The position numbers and the translations under genes were made by a program. Shown piece after piece: positions 39,701-53,170 of a DNA stretch of 64,000 bases. Source of the DNA: Eledone cirrhosa (taxonomy: Eukaryota); NCBI GenBank assembly GCA_964016885.1, contig OZ024742.1:48236001-48300000 (forward strand). Direction: 5' to 3'. The notes under the pieces were generated by a model. That model saw only the letters and a program-made list of their open reading frames with translations, was not told where the DNA came from and did not search any database. Position 1 is the stretch's first letter, and each line of letters begins with the position of its first letter.

Positions 39701-40587
39701 TCAGAGTATATAGAGGAGCCAGAACCAAATGGGAAAACATGGGAAATAATGATACAAATGGGATCTGCCCCTTGTATAGGAGCAAATGTTGGAATAGAAT
39801 AGAAAGAACAAGGAATAAGGTTAATATAATAAACTCATGGTATAATAGCAATAAATACCAGTTCATCAATACAACCCCTAGAGGGGAATTAGCCTACAAA
39901 TTTAGAATCGCCCTAGATAAACTTAAACTAAGTATTAAGATAGTAGAAAAACCAGGTACCTCCATAAACACACTCATTAGTAAAACATAAACTGTTCAAA
40001 GACCTCCCTGTATAGATAAGGTATGCATAATCTGTAAACTAAGCCCCATATTAACTGTAAAACTAGAAACATAGTATATAGAATAAGATGTACTGAAGGA
40101 CAATATAAAGATAAGAATATAGTGTGCATAGATGACACAGCTCGCAGTATAGGAGAACGATTAAATGAACACTGCCGAGAGCTTCAAGAGAGTAAAGATT
40201 CATCAGTACTCCACCAGCATGCTAAAATAGAACAAATTAGGCAAATTAGAGAACATAGGAATAAAAATAAAATATACACACAGAAAAGACGCAATGTTTA
40301 GACAAATCACAGAGGCAATAAACATAAATGTACTCCAACCAAAATTAAATAGAAAACATGAATGGAATAGCAACATCACAACTTACAATTAAGGACAAAA
40401 TGAAAACACACACACATAGAACAAACAACCGACCAGTAACATGTAAATAAACAAATAACTAAACAATAAAACACACACAGACACACGGATGTAACACATG
40501 CGCAAAGTAAGCACACAACACACACAAAAACAAGACGGCGTTGGACAGAACAAAGGAGAGGCACAAAACAAAGTGAATAATCCCATA

Positions 40588-40638
40588 TCACAGAAGAGGT
40601 CAGAGAATCTGTGACGAAAGAACTTTGACAATATATGA
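40588..40638 (+). ncRNA. Hammerhead ribozyme (mutated inverted copy)
   Basis: TCA-CAGAAGA-g-GTCA..TGAC-GAAA-ga..ta-TA-TGA. Confidence 0.6.
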
Positions 40639-40815
40639 ACAACCAACCAACCAACCGGAAATTTATAAATTCTTAAATTTATAAATTTATAATAAATTGC
40701 AGTGAAACAACGGGTGCGTGTGTTTCTTATTGGCAACATGAATCTCCCAAAGTATAACAATATCGGCTTCAACACACATTTTCAGATAAAGAATCTCGGT
40801 AAACAAATTCAGAAA

Positions 40816-40851
<36 letters not shown>

Positions 40852-40882
40852 AAGTGGTAACACAACAATTAGTTAACCATAC

Positions 40883-40920
40883 CGAGAACAATTGTTTCAC
40901 CTTAGCTGATCCTCTGCTCG
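40883..40920 (-). ncRNA. Minimal hammerhead ribozyme (mutated copy)
   Basis: Reverse complement CGAG-CAGAGGA-tcagctaaggt-GAAA-CAATTG-TT-CTCG. Confidence 0.62.
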
Positions 40921-42320
40921 TAATGGTCATGGTTATACGGAATAGGAAGGACAACCGTATGGACGCGCATGCGCAGAAACGGTCACTTCACCTAGGCAAT
41001 CCAAAACTGAGGGCAAAAAGTGTAAGGGAGATATCTGCGAACGTCCGAAAGATTCTAGTTGATAAGAAAATTAGGATGCTTTTGTTATTCAAAGAAGGGA
41101 GGTGAGAACCGCGATGATGGCCTGACCTTATCGTGGTCACGTCCTCGACCGGTTTAAAAAACACTTCACTTCTTCCATTAATGAGTTAGGACTTAGGATA
41201 ACAGTAGCTACCAACCTCTCTAGCGTAGAGTTATTAGACATTAATTCAGACCCTCGCACACACACCTACAGAACCTTCCATAATCTTAACGAAAAATTCA
41301 ATTACATTCACAAGGACGTATGCCACCCTCTCACTATGTTTAGAAACTTCGTAAATAATATCAGTACTAAAATCTCTAACCTCTCCTCTAATAAGGCTAT
41401 CTTTGACAGAGCGGCACCCTGCCATAACAGGGCGTTAGCTAATAGCGGCTTCTCGCAACCTATCACTTACTCACCGACTAACAAAAACAGCAATAAGAAA
41501 AGAAAGCGTAGCCATAGACAAACTATCTGGTTCTCTCCTCCCTTCTCACTCAACGTTAAAACTTATATAGGAAAACAGTTTTAGCCCTCTTAGATAGACA
41601 CATTCGCATAGGTCACAAATACCCCTCCATTTTTAACAGACACAAAGTAAAACTAGGTTACTCCTGCGCTAAGAATATGAAGGCCCACATCACGAACAGG
41701 CCTAAGAGCAAAACACCTCCAGGGTGCTCTTGCCGAAAGCCTGAAGCTTGTCCCCTTCAACAGCAATGCAACACACCCGCCGTAGCTTATAAAGCTGTGT
41801 TCACTTCCAACCGACCAGATCAACCACAGGGCGGCAAATCCTATGTGGGTATGGCGGAGGGCCGATTTAAGGAACGCTTCCTGAACCATCAGTCGACCAA
41901 ACGATCATCCACGAAACTCGCGAGCCACGTATGTCCCTCAAGGATTCATGTATAGACTACTCCATTCAATGCAAAGCCATCACTAAGTCCAAGCCATACG
42001 CAAGGGGCAATACGTCTTGTGGACTATGCATTGATGAACGGATAAATATTCTAAATAGATTATGCAATAGCGATTGCCTAAACTAAAAAACGAATTCTTC
42101 ACACGTTGTCCACAGTCTGGAAACACCTCTTCCATAACTACAAAGCTCCGGAATGAATTACAACATCCTAATTTTCTTATCAACTAGAACATTTCCGACT
42201 TTCGCAGTTCTCTCCCTTACACCTTTTGCCCGCATTTTAGCATTGCCTGGAGAGAGTGACCGTTTCTGCGTATGCGCGTTCATACGGTAGCCCTCCTATT
42301 CCGTATAACCATGACCATTA

Positions 42321-42357
42321 CGAGCTGAGGATCCGCTAAGGTGAAACATTGTTCTCG
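42321..42357 (+). ncRNA. Minimal hammerhead ribozyme
   Basis: CGAG-CTGAGGA-tCC gctaa GGt-GAAA-CATTG-TT-CTCG. Confidence 0.8.
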
Positions 42358-42450
42358 ATATGGTGAACTAACTGTTGTGTAACCACTTATACATAACTCA
42401 TCCCATGGACTGAGTGTTCTACCACTACGGATATTACCCACCAGTGTTCC

Positions 42451-42604
<154 letters not shown>

Positions 42605-43120
42605 TATGAATGATTGAAACGCTGGGTGCGTTTAGCATTTTACAATGTGATAGATACAAACGCATGAACTAACAGAAATAACAGTCAGTCAGATGACTAT
42701 AATTTTTTATCTATCGGTGTACATAAGGTGGCCAACTTAAGAAGCACTGGGAAAATCTGAAATGTTAAAGTTCTAAAGCAAATCTCACTTATAATTGTGG
42801 GGAAAATCAGTTAAAATCTCCCTGGAGTTGGGCAATTTGACAGAGCCACCTGTCAAATTGAACACAGCGTCTCACGGATGCTAGACATAAATGAAGTGGT
42901 TATCATAAGGATATTTCTTTTTTACTGGTATCAGTCTGAGGCACCATCTTGATTTAGTCGTTGATGTTCAAATCTGTCGGGTTCGTTTAGCCTAGAGGTC
43001 AGTGTAGTTCAAACGGCATTCAGTAATAGGAGTTTCGATTCCGGCTGACAGTGAGCTTTCATTTTCTTTTTGGTTTGCTTGTATTAATTGTGTTAATTTT
43101 ATTATAAAAAATCGTAAGCG

Positions 43121-43253
<133 letters not shown>

Positions 43254-43283
43254 CGTGCGCGCGCGCGTGTGTGTGTGTGTGTG

Positions 43284-43361
<78 letters not shown>

Positions 43362-43372
43362 ATATACACACA

Positions 43373-43402
<30 letters not shown>

Positions 43403-43406
<4 letters not shown>

Positions 43407-44110
43407 AATGAATACATGAGAGTGATGAACACCGATACAAGTATACGTGTCCGAATAGAAAATGACCAAGTTAGCTAGGTTGAAAAATACTAATTTAAAA
43501 TAATATGGTTTGCCTGTCTCAGTTTAAAGTAATAAATCAATAAAAATAACAAACCTATATTGGCAATGGCAGTGATACCCGGACAGATTCAAAATCTGTT
43601 TCGAAACAATTATTTAGTGACAGTCACTATCCCTGTGCCCGTCTGCGGGTTTCCAGGAAATTCGTACCTTTCACTTCAAAATACTTAAGAAGACTGAGAA
43701 ATATGTGTTGTTGAACGCACATGTCACTGCGCCTAACTCGTCTCATACTCGTGCCGCTAAAAATAGCAGCCGGTTTTATGGGACTAAAATTAGCTCTACG
43801 TATGGAGCCGAGAATATCATATATTCAGATATAAACTCGAAATAGACTTTTAAAATTAAATAGCTCAGAGAAGGGAATATTTCCGAGTCGTGTAATATAA
43901 ATGAAAATCGAGACAGGCAAACCATATTATTTTAAATTAGTATTTTTCAACGTAGCTAACTTGGTAATTTGCAATTCGAACACATGTATACTTGTATCGG
44001 TGTTCATCCCTCTCATATATTCATTTGTATTACACGACTCGGAAATATTCCCTTCTTTGAGCTATTTAATTGTAAAAGACTATTTCGAGTTTATAACTCA
44101 ATATATGATA
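43403..44110. repeat. Permuted inverted-repeat element
   Basis: 43403-43525 inverts 43905-44030; 43814-43896 inverts 44028-44110. Confidence 0.85.
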
Positions 44111-44143
44111 TATATATATATATGTGAAGAGAGAGCGAGAGAT

Positions 44144-44214
<71 letters not shown>

Positions 44215-45110
44215 GAGTATGAAATTGGTTTTCGGTTATTGTATAAGGTATAGCAATAAATCCTTTACTATAATTAAACCGAGAGCCTTAAAAGGCACTA
44301 AATAATGGAGTTCTAATTATGCACTGTAGACGTGTTATTTAGTAATTAATTTCATCCAGTAATCTCTGGCATTAATTGGAATCTATTAAGCAGTGGACGT
44401 TGTGTCATTGTCCCATCAGCATTAGGACACGTATTTTTTGGTTTAACCGCTACCAACGTTAATAACTGCATTACAATAGAAACGCTAAGCATTTGTGACA
44501 TTCATGCTTTTGTGTATACCATCATTAGCAAAGTATTTGATGCGAAATAATCCAGAAAGGCAGATAATAAGTGAAGATAATGATTATAATTAAATACATC
44601 CTTTATGTAATTATCCAAGGTAACCATTTAGAGATTTGATGAGATGTAAATATAATAGAGTTCATTTATCAGAAAGGATGAAGATAAGCGATGCAATAAT
44701 ATATTTCCTCTTCAAACTAAAAGGCAGACTTTCTATAGAGTCTTCTAATGTGTTCCTATCGGGTATATTTGCACAGAGAGTACAAAATATGCATGTAAAT
44801 GCACACATGTAGATATATTGACAACTTTACCCAGGGTGATAGAAGAGTTTCCCTGCTGAGAAAGAATATCCAAACATTCTGAGGCATAAAATCTCCCGAA
44901 TTCTACAAGAAATACTTCAGTCGATATATGTATTTTCTGATTTTCGTCCAGGTAGTAACACACAACATACCATAAGATATCTTCTTCTTCTTCTTCTTCT
45001 TCTTCTTCTTCTTCTTCTCATCATCATTATTCTCCTCCTCCTCCACCTGCTTCTTATCCTCAACCTCCTCTTCCTCCTCCTCCTCCTCCTTCTTCTTCTT
45101 CTTCTTCTTC

Positions 45111-45111
<1 letters not shown>

Positions 45112-45188
<77 letters not shown>

Positions 45189-45592
45189 GCCCACTTATAT
45201 CTGAGAGGGTCGTGATACAGAGTCCTCAGACACTCCTTCCACTAGGTCCTGTCAGGAGCAACCTTCTCTTCTCCAACTGATACGGCTGGATGCCCAAGCG
45301 AAACCACCCAAGCTCATGGATGTTATCCAACCATCTTGCTCGGGATCTACCCCTGGGTCTCCCGTCGGTTGGGTTTGCCCATAAAATCTATCCAGCAATT
45401 CTTTCCTGAAACATTCTAACCAAATACCCATAGTATCGGAACTGTGATCTCTCAATTCAGAGACGTAGCGCCTTTACCTGGAGTGACTCCCTGGTCTCCG
45501 GGCTACGAATTCTATCGAGTACTGTTACTCCAAAGACCCTTCGGAGGGACCCCATTTCAGCCGCTTGTATTCGTGATCGTACTCTTTCGGTC
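45112..45592 (-). mobile_element. RTE-clade (Rex3/Expander-like) LINE 3' fragment with (TAA)n tail
   Basis: Reverse complement ERVRSRIQAAEMG..RSQFRYYGYL..GRPRGR; (ATT)n at 45112-45186. Confidence 0.8.
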
Positions 45593-45879
45593 TATAATAG
45601 CTACGGATTTAATTTAATTTAATTTTAATTTTAGTTTCAGTTTTACCTTCAAATAAGTACATGCTTTTTCTACATCTATTTCTATATCTAATTATTTAAC
45701 TCTATCGCTTAATTTACTGTGCATAGAGAAAAATAAGATTATGAGATGTGTTATATATCTATCATCATATCATTTTCGTGGTGTGTGCCTCGCCAGCTAG
45801 AATGGCAATTGCAGCGCGCCTCCTTCACCATCCTCCGGGGAAACGCCAGTTTCAGCATTTAGTAATCTGAAGAAGGTAC

Positions 45880-46190
45880 GTATGTGTGAAAGCCAAACTC
45901 GCGCTCTTCAATTCGGTATTCATGCCAACCCTTACCTTTGGTCATGGATTTTGGGTAATGACCGAAAGAATACGATCGCGAATACAAGTGGCCGAAATGG
46001 GCTTCCGCCGAAGTATCTTTGGAGTAACGTTACTCTATAGAGGTCGCAGCTCCGAAATCAGAGAGTCAGTTCAGTTTGAGGCGCCACTTCTCCAAATTAA
46101 GATATCACAGCTTTGATGCTATGGGCATGTGGTTAGAATGTCTCAGGAAAGAATTGCCGGGCAAATTTTACAGGCAAAATCCAGTAACAT
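45880..46190 (+). mobile_element. RTE-clade (Rex3/Expander-like) LINE fragment
   Basis: AKLALFNSVFMPTLTFGHGFWVMTERIRSRIQVAEMGF..YGHVVRM. Confidence 0.82.
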
Positions 46191-46267
46191 TTCTCTCAAG
46201 TCCAACTATGATAAGAAATCAACCAATGTAAACAATGATAATTATGTTATATATCTCTGTAATAATT

Positions 46268-46400
46268 GTTTCTACTTTTGGCACAAGGCCAGCAATTACC
46301 CAGTGCATTACTGGTACTTTATTTTATCGATCCCGTAAGGATGAAAGGCAAAGGTAACCTCGGCTGGATGTGAACTTACATCATAAAGCGCCGTAACTAC
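46268..46400 (-). mobile_element. 5'-truncated SINE with 15-bp target-site duplication
   Basis: atctctgtaataatt at 46253-46267 and 46401-46415. Confidence 0.9.
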
Positions 46401-47167
46401 ATCTCTGTAATAATTAATCGGGTAAACTGAGATCCACACGGGTTCGAAATATGTAATCGGAATACTAAAGCAGAATACAACTGATATCTTTGTAGGTTGA
46501 ACACGATATGGTTCGTTACAACTAGAATATTTGGATGATAAATGAGAAAATATAGGAAACGAATGAACATGACAAAGATTTATATTTTAAACACAATACA
46601 TAACTATTGCTACGATACATAACATCTTTTTAACCCCTGTTGTTAATCCAGTTATAAATAACAGGAAATTATAATATGGGATTTGGATGACTATTAGAAA
46701 AACAGCAATGGAAAAGAAAGTAATACGTGCCATTTTACGGACAATTTGTTAGAGAAGAAAGAAGGATAAACATGCGAATTTTGGCGTTACTTGTGTAATG
46801 AAGCTCTGAAGAGAATAAAGAGAATAGCAGAGACAATTGACAAATAAACTGTATCAAATGGACAATTGAAACGTGGTTTAGATGTGCATGGTCTCTATTG
46901 GGAGGGTCTACACAATATCTATTTTGGGGAAGAAGACAACAATGTGAAGTATATTTGTGAATGACTGCAATATGGTAACAGAACCATTACAGAATTCTCA
47001 TTGACAAATAAATATTTCATACCAAGCGACGTCGGCGTTATTTAACCGGATCAAAAATTACTTTAAAAAGGTCTAAGTGAAAATAATGGCCACTCAAACA
47101 ATTTGTAAGTTGGAAATTCTTGGATAACTTCCATGAGATTGGTATTCACCCATAACAGGAGAACAAA

Positions 47168-47379
47168 TATAATGTTTTCTTATATAGGCACAAGGCCAGC
47201 AATGTTGGGGGAGGGGAAAGTCGATTAAATCGAAACCAGTGAGTGACTGGTACTTCATTTTATCGACCCCGTAATGATGAAAGGCAAAGTTAACCTCGGC
47301 GGGATGTGAACTCAGTCTGTAAAGGGACTTAACTCTCTGCTGCAAAGTTGGCGTCCGACACACTACCGATACTGCCAAT
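47168..47379 (-). mobile_element. SINE, long variant with gggaggggaaagtcgattaaatcga segment
   Basis: A and B boxes plus core. Confidence 0.88.
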
Positions 47380-47384
47380 CAAAC

Positions 47385-47385
<1 letters not shown>

Positions 47386-47426
<41 letters not shown>

Positions 47427-50400
47427 TAATAATAATAATAATGCTTTCTTTATTAACCACAAGGGTTTACATAAAGTAGACATTAAGGACAGTGCAGGAC
47501 AATACAGTACGGTACAAATGGGCATTTCTGCGTGTAAAAAACAAAAACAGAGGATGTAACAAAAAAATAACAATGAAAAATTCCCCAATAGGGGGGAGAC
47601 TTCGGAGGGACATTTGTGGAGAAAGCCCAGTAAAAGGCCACAGTGACCCTGACCACCAGGGCAAGTGCCCTCTCCCACTTTTCCACCTTCAATTTACAGG
47701 CACGTTCTCAGAGTAGGCCCATTCACTGGGGCCATTCTTGCCTCTCTCACCCATCTTTCAACAAAATGCTGGGAAGAGAGCACTTTCCTCTCTACCCTGA
47801 TTTTCCTTCTCAAATAAAATTTGAAAAAGTTAATCAGGGCATCACCGAAGCGGGAAGTGCTCGTCTTCAGCCCTTTCAAACGTGACCACCATACAATCTC
47901 TTTCGCCATGGCCACCAGACAGATAAAAACTGCCTGCCCTTCCCGGCTAAAGGAGGAGGGCGGGGCGTTCCTCACGATGGACTCAGGTGATAGCCGGATC
48001 CGTCCTAAACGAACAGCAGGTGTTCGACATAAACCCACAAGTCAGCAATTTTCGGAAACTGGACGAGTGCGTTCAGGACGGTTTCGTCGCCGTGCGCGCA
48101 TCTCGGACATGCCCGACTGACGGCACCTCCAAGCCTGTAGAGTTTATCCCGAACTGGCAAGGCTCCTCGGTAGCACTGCCAGGCCAGAGATTTCTGGAAG
48201 TTGTCCATAGGACCTGGCCCGAAAGTTCTTCCGAAGAGATTGGCTAGTTGATTTTCGTCGACGCCTAGAGTTTCCCCAAGTACATCGTCGCTCTTCCCAT
48301 CCACTAATCCTCTATAGAACGCCGAGGTGGAGTTTCCACCGATCACATTGCCCGATTGGTCGAGGGCTGTGAGTGCCTGAAGACATTCCAGTCTCCAAGC
48401 GCTCCCTCTCGGTCTTCGCTTGACCCAGGACTGCAGCTCCGTCAAGGAAATGAACTGGGGAAATACGTGTCTAGCAAACGGCGACCACACCTGATCACCG
48501 TCGAGGAAGAGGTGGAGATGTCGTAGCCTGAACGCGTGTCTGCGCATCATCAGCCACGGCATTCCCAGCCCTCCACGTAGCGGATGTTGACAGCAAATGG
48601 ACCGCCTGACCATCGGAGCACGTCCCTTCTACAAAAAGCGAAAGAGCAAACGATCCAGCGCAGTCAGGAGGGGTTTAGCACAAGGTACGACGGTCAGGCG
48701 GTAGTAGATGACGGATGCGATATACGCGTTAGCCACCTCCGCTCGACCTTTCAGGGATAGCTTCCTCTCCGCCCATTTCAGCGTGACAGAAGCCACCCTG
48801 CTCGTCACCTCGTCCCAGTTTTTGTCCGTCTGGTGGTCCGGACCGAACCAGACCCCTAGCAATTTAACCGGTCCGTCCGTCCAGCGTCCGACGACGCTGT
48901 TGGACGGCATGGACCTGCCTCTCCAGGTGCCAAGCTGCAGGCCCACTAACTTTTCCTGGTTGATCATTGCTCCTGTCACCGTTTCGTATTCTCTTAGTGT
49001 AGTGCCGATCGCCTCGATGTGTTTGGCGTTCGACACCATTACCGTGACGTCGTCCGCATATGCTGACACGGATTTTGCGCATCCTAATTCGCGCGGGACC
49101 CCCTCAACGTCTCCAGTTTGTGCAGTAATGGTTCGAGAGTCAATACGTAGAAGAGGAACGAGAGGGGCCATCCTTGGCGGAGCGAGCGCAAGACCTGAAC
49201 GGTTCCCAAAGGTGACCATTCACTCTCAACACAGAGCAGCTGTCGCTGTGCATGGGAGTGATCCAGCCTCTGAAGACGGGCCCAAAGCCAGCCGCGCTCA
49301 GGACTGCCGCCAAATAACGATGGTCGAACCTATCGAAACTTTCAACTGATCTAAATTGATAAGAAAGGTCCAAGAAAGGTCTCCAGACGCCGGAAAAAAT
49401 CCGGCCGCCCTGCTCTTGTCGGGGCATAGACGGCTACTATCCTGAAAGCTTGCCCGTCTCCGCTGGTCACGTCCGGCACCACCAACTTACCTTCCGGGTC
49501 CAGGAAGGCGAGACAAAACCTCTCCGAAAAAGCACAGCAACACCCCCTCCCGATCCCGGACGGCTGGGAGATGCGTACACATCGGTGCGAAGATCAGTGT
49601 GAAGATCGGTGCGAAGACCCGTGCTTCGGAGAATCTGGTCTCGTTGATGGCCTCCACATTTATATTTAGTGACCTGAAGTCGTTGAGCAGGTGGCCCTGA
49701 TTCCATGACGACTCCAGGATACTCGCATTTATGCTGCCTATTCTGAGTGAGGTCATGTTTAAAAGGAGTGGAAAAAGATTGGAAAGACCACTTACCTCAC
49801 TTCTCATAGGAGGGGGGCATCCTTCTCACTGCTTGTGGCCTCCTCTGAAGGATGTCCTTATAAATCCTCCTGGAGAGTGCTTGTCGGAAGTCTCCGATGT
49901 CCTTGGGGAATTTTTTTAATAGCGTCGTGTACGTTTTCTGTGTGATGCGAGTGATTTGTATGTATGTAGGTGGTGTGAATTTTTGAGATGTCGTGTAGTC
50001 TTTTTCTATGATGCTGATGTTGTGTTGTATGTAGTGTAATAATTGGTTGTTGTTCAAATTTAGTGCTGTGTAGTATGTATCGTTTTGGTTGTTTTGTTTT
50101 GTTTATGTTTGTTGTAGGTTTGTTTCTGTTTCGCTTTTTGGTGACTTTTGTGGTGTTGGTGATGATGGTGTTGGGGTTAATGATTGGGATGGGGTTGGTG
50201 TTTGTGGTGATCGGGTTGGCGATGTTGGTGTGGATGGTGGCATAGCAAACTGTTTTGTTTGTTTGTTTATTTGTTTCTCCCTTCATTTTGTTTTTGGAGG
50301 GGGAAGGAAGAATTTTTTTCTTTTTGGGCTTCTTTTCCTTTTTTTCCTTTTTTCCTGATACAGTTTCCCACTCCTCGTCGTCACAATCTGTCTCCAGTTG

Positions 50401-51540
50401 CGATAGGTTGGTAGTGGAAAATCCTCCACAGGCGTTGGGTTTGGTTGTGGCGTGGTGGATGCTGGAGTCGCTGGTGCTAATTCTGGCCCGGTGGGTGGTG
50501 GTGGTGGTTTTGCTACTGTTGCTGGGGTTGTTGTTGCTACAGTTGCTTCTGTTGTTGCTTCTACAGTTGTTGCTGCCATTTCTGCTGCGGGTGGTGTTGA
50601 TGGTTTACTCACTGGGGTGGGTTAGAGAGGTGGCCTCAACTTTTTAGTCTGAGGGCAGAAAGCCTTTAGGTGGGTTCCTTCACCACAAACGACACACCTA
50701 TGCCTTCTACCCTCAGCGATTACGGTGAGGTGGCTGCCGTCATTGAGGTCTATCACCTCTGGAATTTCCTGAATGTTTTTTTTGGGTCGCTTGGATCAGG
50801 AGCTGCATCCCAGATCCGGACCAGTTCTCCTGCTTTTCTTTTGTTACTTCAATTATTTTCGTGTTGGCCTCGATGCCGGCGAGGACGGCAGCCATTAGCC
50901 AGGGAATTTCGATGGCTGGTGGAGCGTGGGTCACCCTGATCTTCACGAGTCTCTGACCAAAATAGGTTGGGACGAGTGTGAAGTCGTCACTTCTTAATGG
51001 GGCATAGAGTGCTCTCTGGCTTCCCGGATGTTCCAAAGAACACGTCCACGGTTCCATATTTCTGCCCACGTCTGATGTGAGTTTTTTTCGCACACACATG
51101 TCCCAAAGGTATTTGTATTTGGGACTCGGGTGCCCGTTCCACTCGGCGTGATTTTGTGTTTATCGTCTGATATGACACGGTGCATAGGCGCCGATGCTCC
51201 ATTTTATTAGGAGGGGGGCTGACCCTGTACCCATCTTTTTTTATCATTAGCTTGGCCTCATTTAATTAATCTTCTCTTACCTCGTTTTGCTTTTCTTGGC
51301 TGCTTTGGCAAACAACACATTTTGTTTTGCGCTGGTGTTGATGTTGTTTTTATTCACATTGTTGTTGTAATTGTTTTTTTTGTAAATGTTATTTTTATTT
51401 TCAGTTGTGGTGGTGCTGGTGGTGGTTGTATTCAGCGTAGAAGAGTCGATTATGGGTGAATCCATTTCGATGTCACGAGATAATACTTTTTTTTCTTTGT
51501 TTCTGTTGTCGCTGTGCTGGTGGAGGGTGTGACAGCTTTA
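47386..51540 (-). mobile_element. Tx1/L1-group LINE, internally deleted
   Basis: ORF1 zinc knuckle CVVCGEGTHLKAFC (~50655-50698); APE start LRIGSINA..AINETR; RT SAYADDVT, KLLGVW, LSLKGR; C-terminal CPRC..ETV; 3' end abuts (TAA)n. Confidence 0.88.
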
Positions 51541-51915
51541 ACACCTACAGTTATTGGTAATGGCAGGAAATGAATGTCTGCATGTAACAAATTTAAATTA
51601 TTGCCACTGCTTATATTTTTATTGTTGGCACCGTAGTAATATTTACACTGGTGGTGTTGGTGCGAGCTTTTGAGGAAGGCTGTGAGGCTGTGAGGCGTCC
51701 ATGTTTTTTTAAAAGAAAGTTTTTGTTTGATAATTATGAAAGATTAAATTTCGGGCTCAAGGCCCCAATCGTTTTGAGTGTCCTTTTTAGAAATCAATGT
51801 ATGTGCACTTATATACAGTTAACAATAAACACTTTCCATAAATGGCAATTTGAAACAACTGAAAACAACAAACCTTTGCGGAGCTCACGATAATACTATT
51901 CCTACGTAGGACGCC

Positions 51916-51974
<59 letters not shown>

Positions 51975-51981
<7 letters not shown>

Positions 51982-53100
51982 ATGGAATGTTGCTGAACAA
52001 AAAGAAATGGATAGGAAGACTAGGAAGCTATTGACTATCTACAACATGTTCCACAAGAGGAGTGACGTCGATAGACTCTACCTAAGGAGATCTGAGGGTG
52101 GAAGAGGTCTTATCAGCATAGAGGACTGTGTTCAGATGGAGAAAAACAACCTATACAAATACGTGACCTATAGTAAGGAGCCAATGCTCAGAGCTGTACT
52201 GAAGGAGGGGACAGTAGGCCAGGGGATATCCAAGGAGGAAATAACATCAAGGAGGAAGAGCAGCCTTAAGGGAAAATCCCTTCATAGTACCTTCTTTGAG
52301 AAAACTGAATTTAGAGATCCACAGACATGGAACTGGTTGAGAAGAGGAGACCTCAAAAAGGCTACAGAAGGAATGCTAATGGCTGCGCAGGAGCAGGCCC
52401 TCAAAACGAAGTGGTTGAAGCACCATATCTACAAGGAGGAGGCTAGCCCACTGTGCAGGATCTGTGGAGAGAGAGAGGAGACTGTGGCTCACATTGTGTC
52501 CGAGTGTAAACACCTAGCCCAGACCCACTATAAGGGCTGGAGACACGATGTGATGGGCAGGGTGATCCACTGGCACCTGTGCAAAGTAAACAATCTACCA
52601 CATTCTGAGAAATGGTATGAGCATAGGCCAGAGGCGGTGATGGAGAACAGTCAGGTGAAGGTGCTGTGGGATTTTAGGATACAGACGGACAAAAAACTGG
52701 AACACAATAGACCTGACCTGGTGGTTGTGGGCAAAGAAAAAAGATCGTGCCTGATTGTGGATGTGGCCTGCCCGTTCGACACGAGAGTGCAAGAGAAGGA
52801 GAGGGAGAAAATTAACCGATACCAGGACCTAAAGTGGGAGGTGAAAAGGATTTGGAACTGCCATGAAGTCAAAGTGATCCCGATTGTCATAGGCGCACTG
52901 GGGACTATCTCCAAAGGTTTCCAGGGATGGTTAAAGAAAATCGGCCCCTTCACGCTTTTTGGAACGCTTCAAAAGGCATGCTTGCTTGGAACGGCAAGAA
53001 CCCTCCGATACGTCCTGAATATCTGAGGCTGCAGGTAGTGGCTTGATATTCAATCCAACGGACTTTCCAGTTAACCAACATCAATGACTGAGATTCAAGG
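51975..53100 (+). mobile_element. Dong/R4 RLE LINE, 5'-truncated, in (TAA)n; open 349-aa C-terminal ORF (51977-53026)
   Basis: CRICGEREETVAHIVSEC, RHD, NRPD, DVACP, EKINRY, PIVIGALG; (TAA)n at 51916-51976 and 53101-53170. Confidence 0.95.
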
Positions 53101-53112
53101 AATAACAATAAC

Positions 53113-53170
<58 letters not shown>

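Larger units (their letters stand above)
36587..40763 (-). mobile_element. PLE with ~1.4-kb inverted arms
   Basis: 36587-38027 is the reverse complement of 39372-40763; YGLRKDHK, RPVCGA, QEEGAAIG, RYVDD, C-terminal GIY-YIG (LLYSI..YRGETTRS). Confidence 0.92.
40850..42390 (+). mobile_element. 5'-truncated Hydra-like PLE with inverted arms
   Basis: RDDGL, IWFSPPFSLNVKTYIGKQF, CSCRKPEACP..C, YKA..YVGMAEGRFKERFLNH; arms 40850-41085 and 42150-42390. Confidence 0.9.

Noticed and set aside
46428-46460. gatcc acacg ggttc-GAAA-TATG-TA
   Set aside because: Core and 5' stem I are missing; at most a decayed HHR
48708-49349. 213-aa plus-strand ORF and other long antisense ORFs over LINEs
   Set aside because: Antisense shadows of retroelement coding sequence
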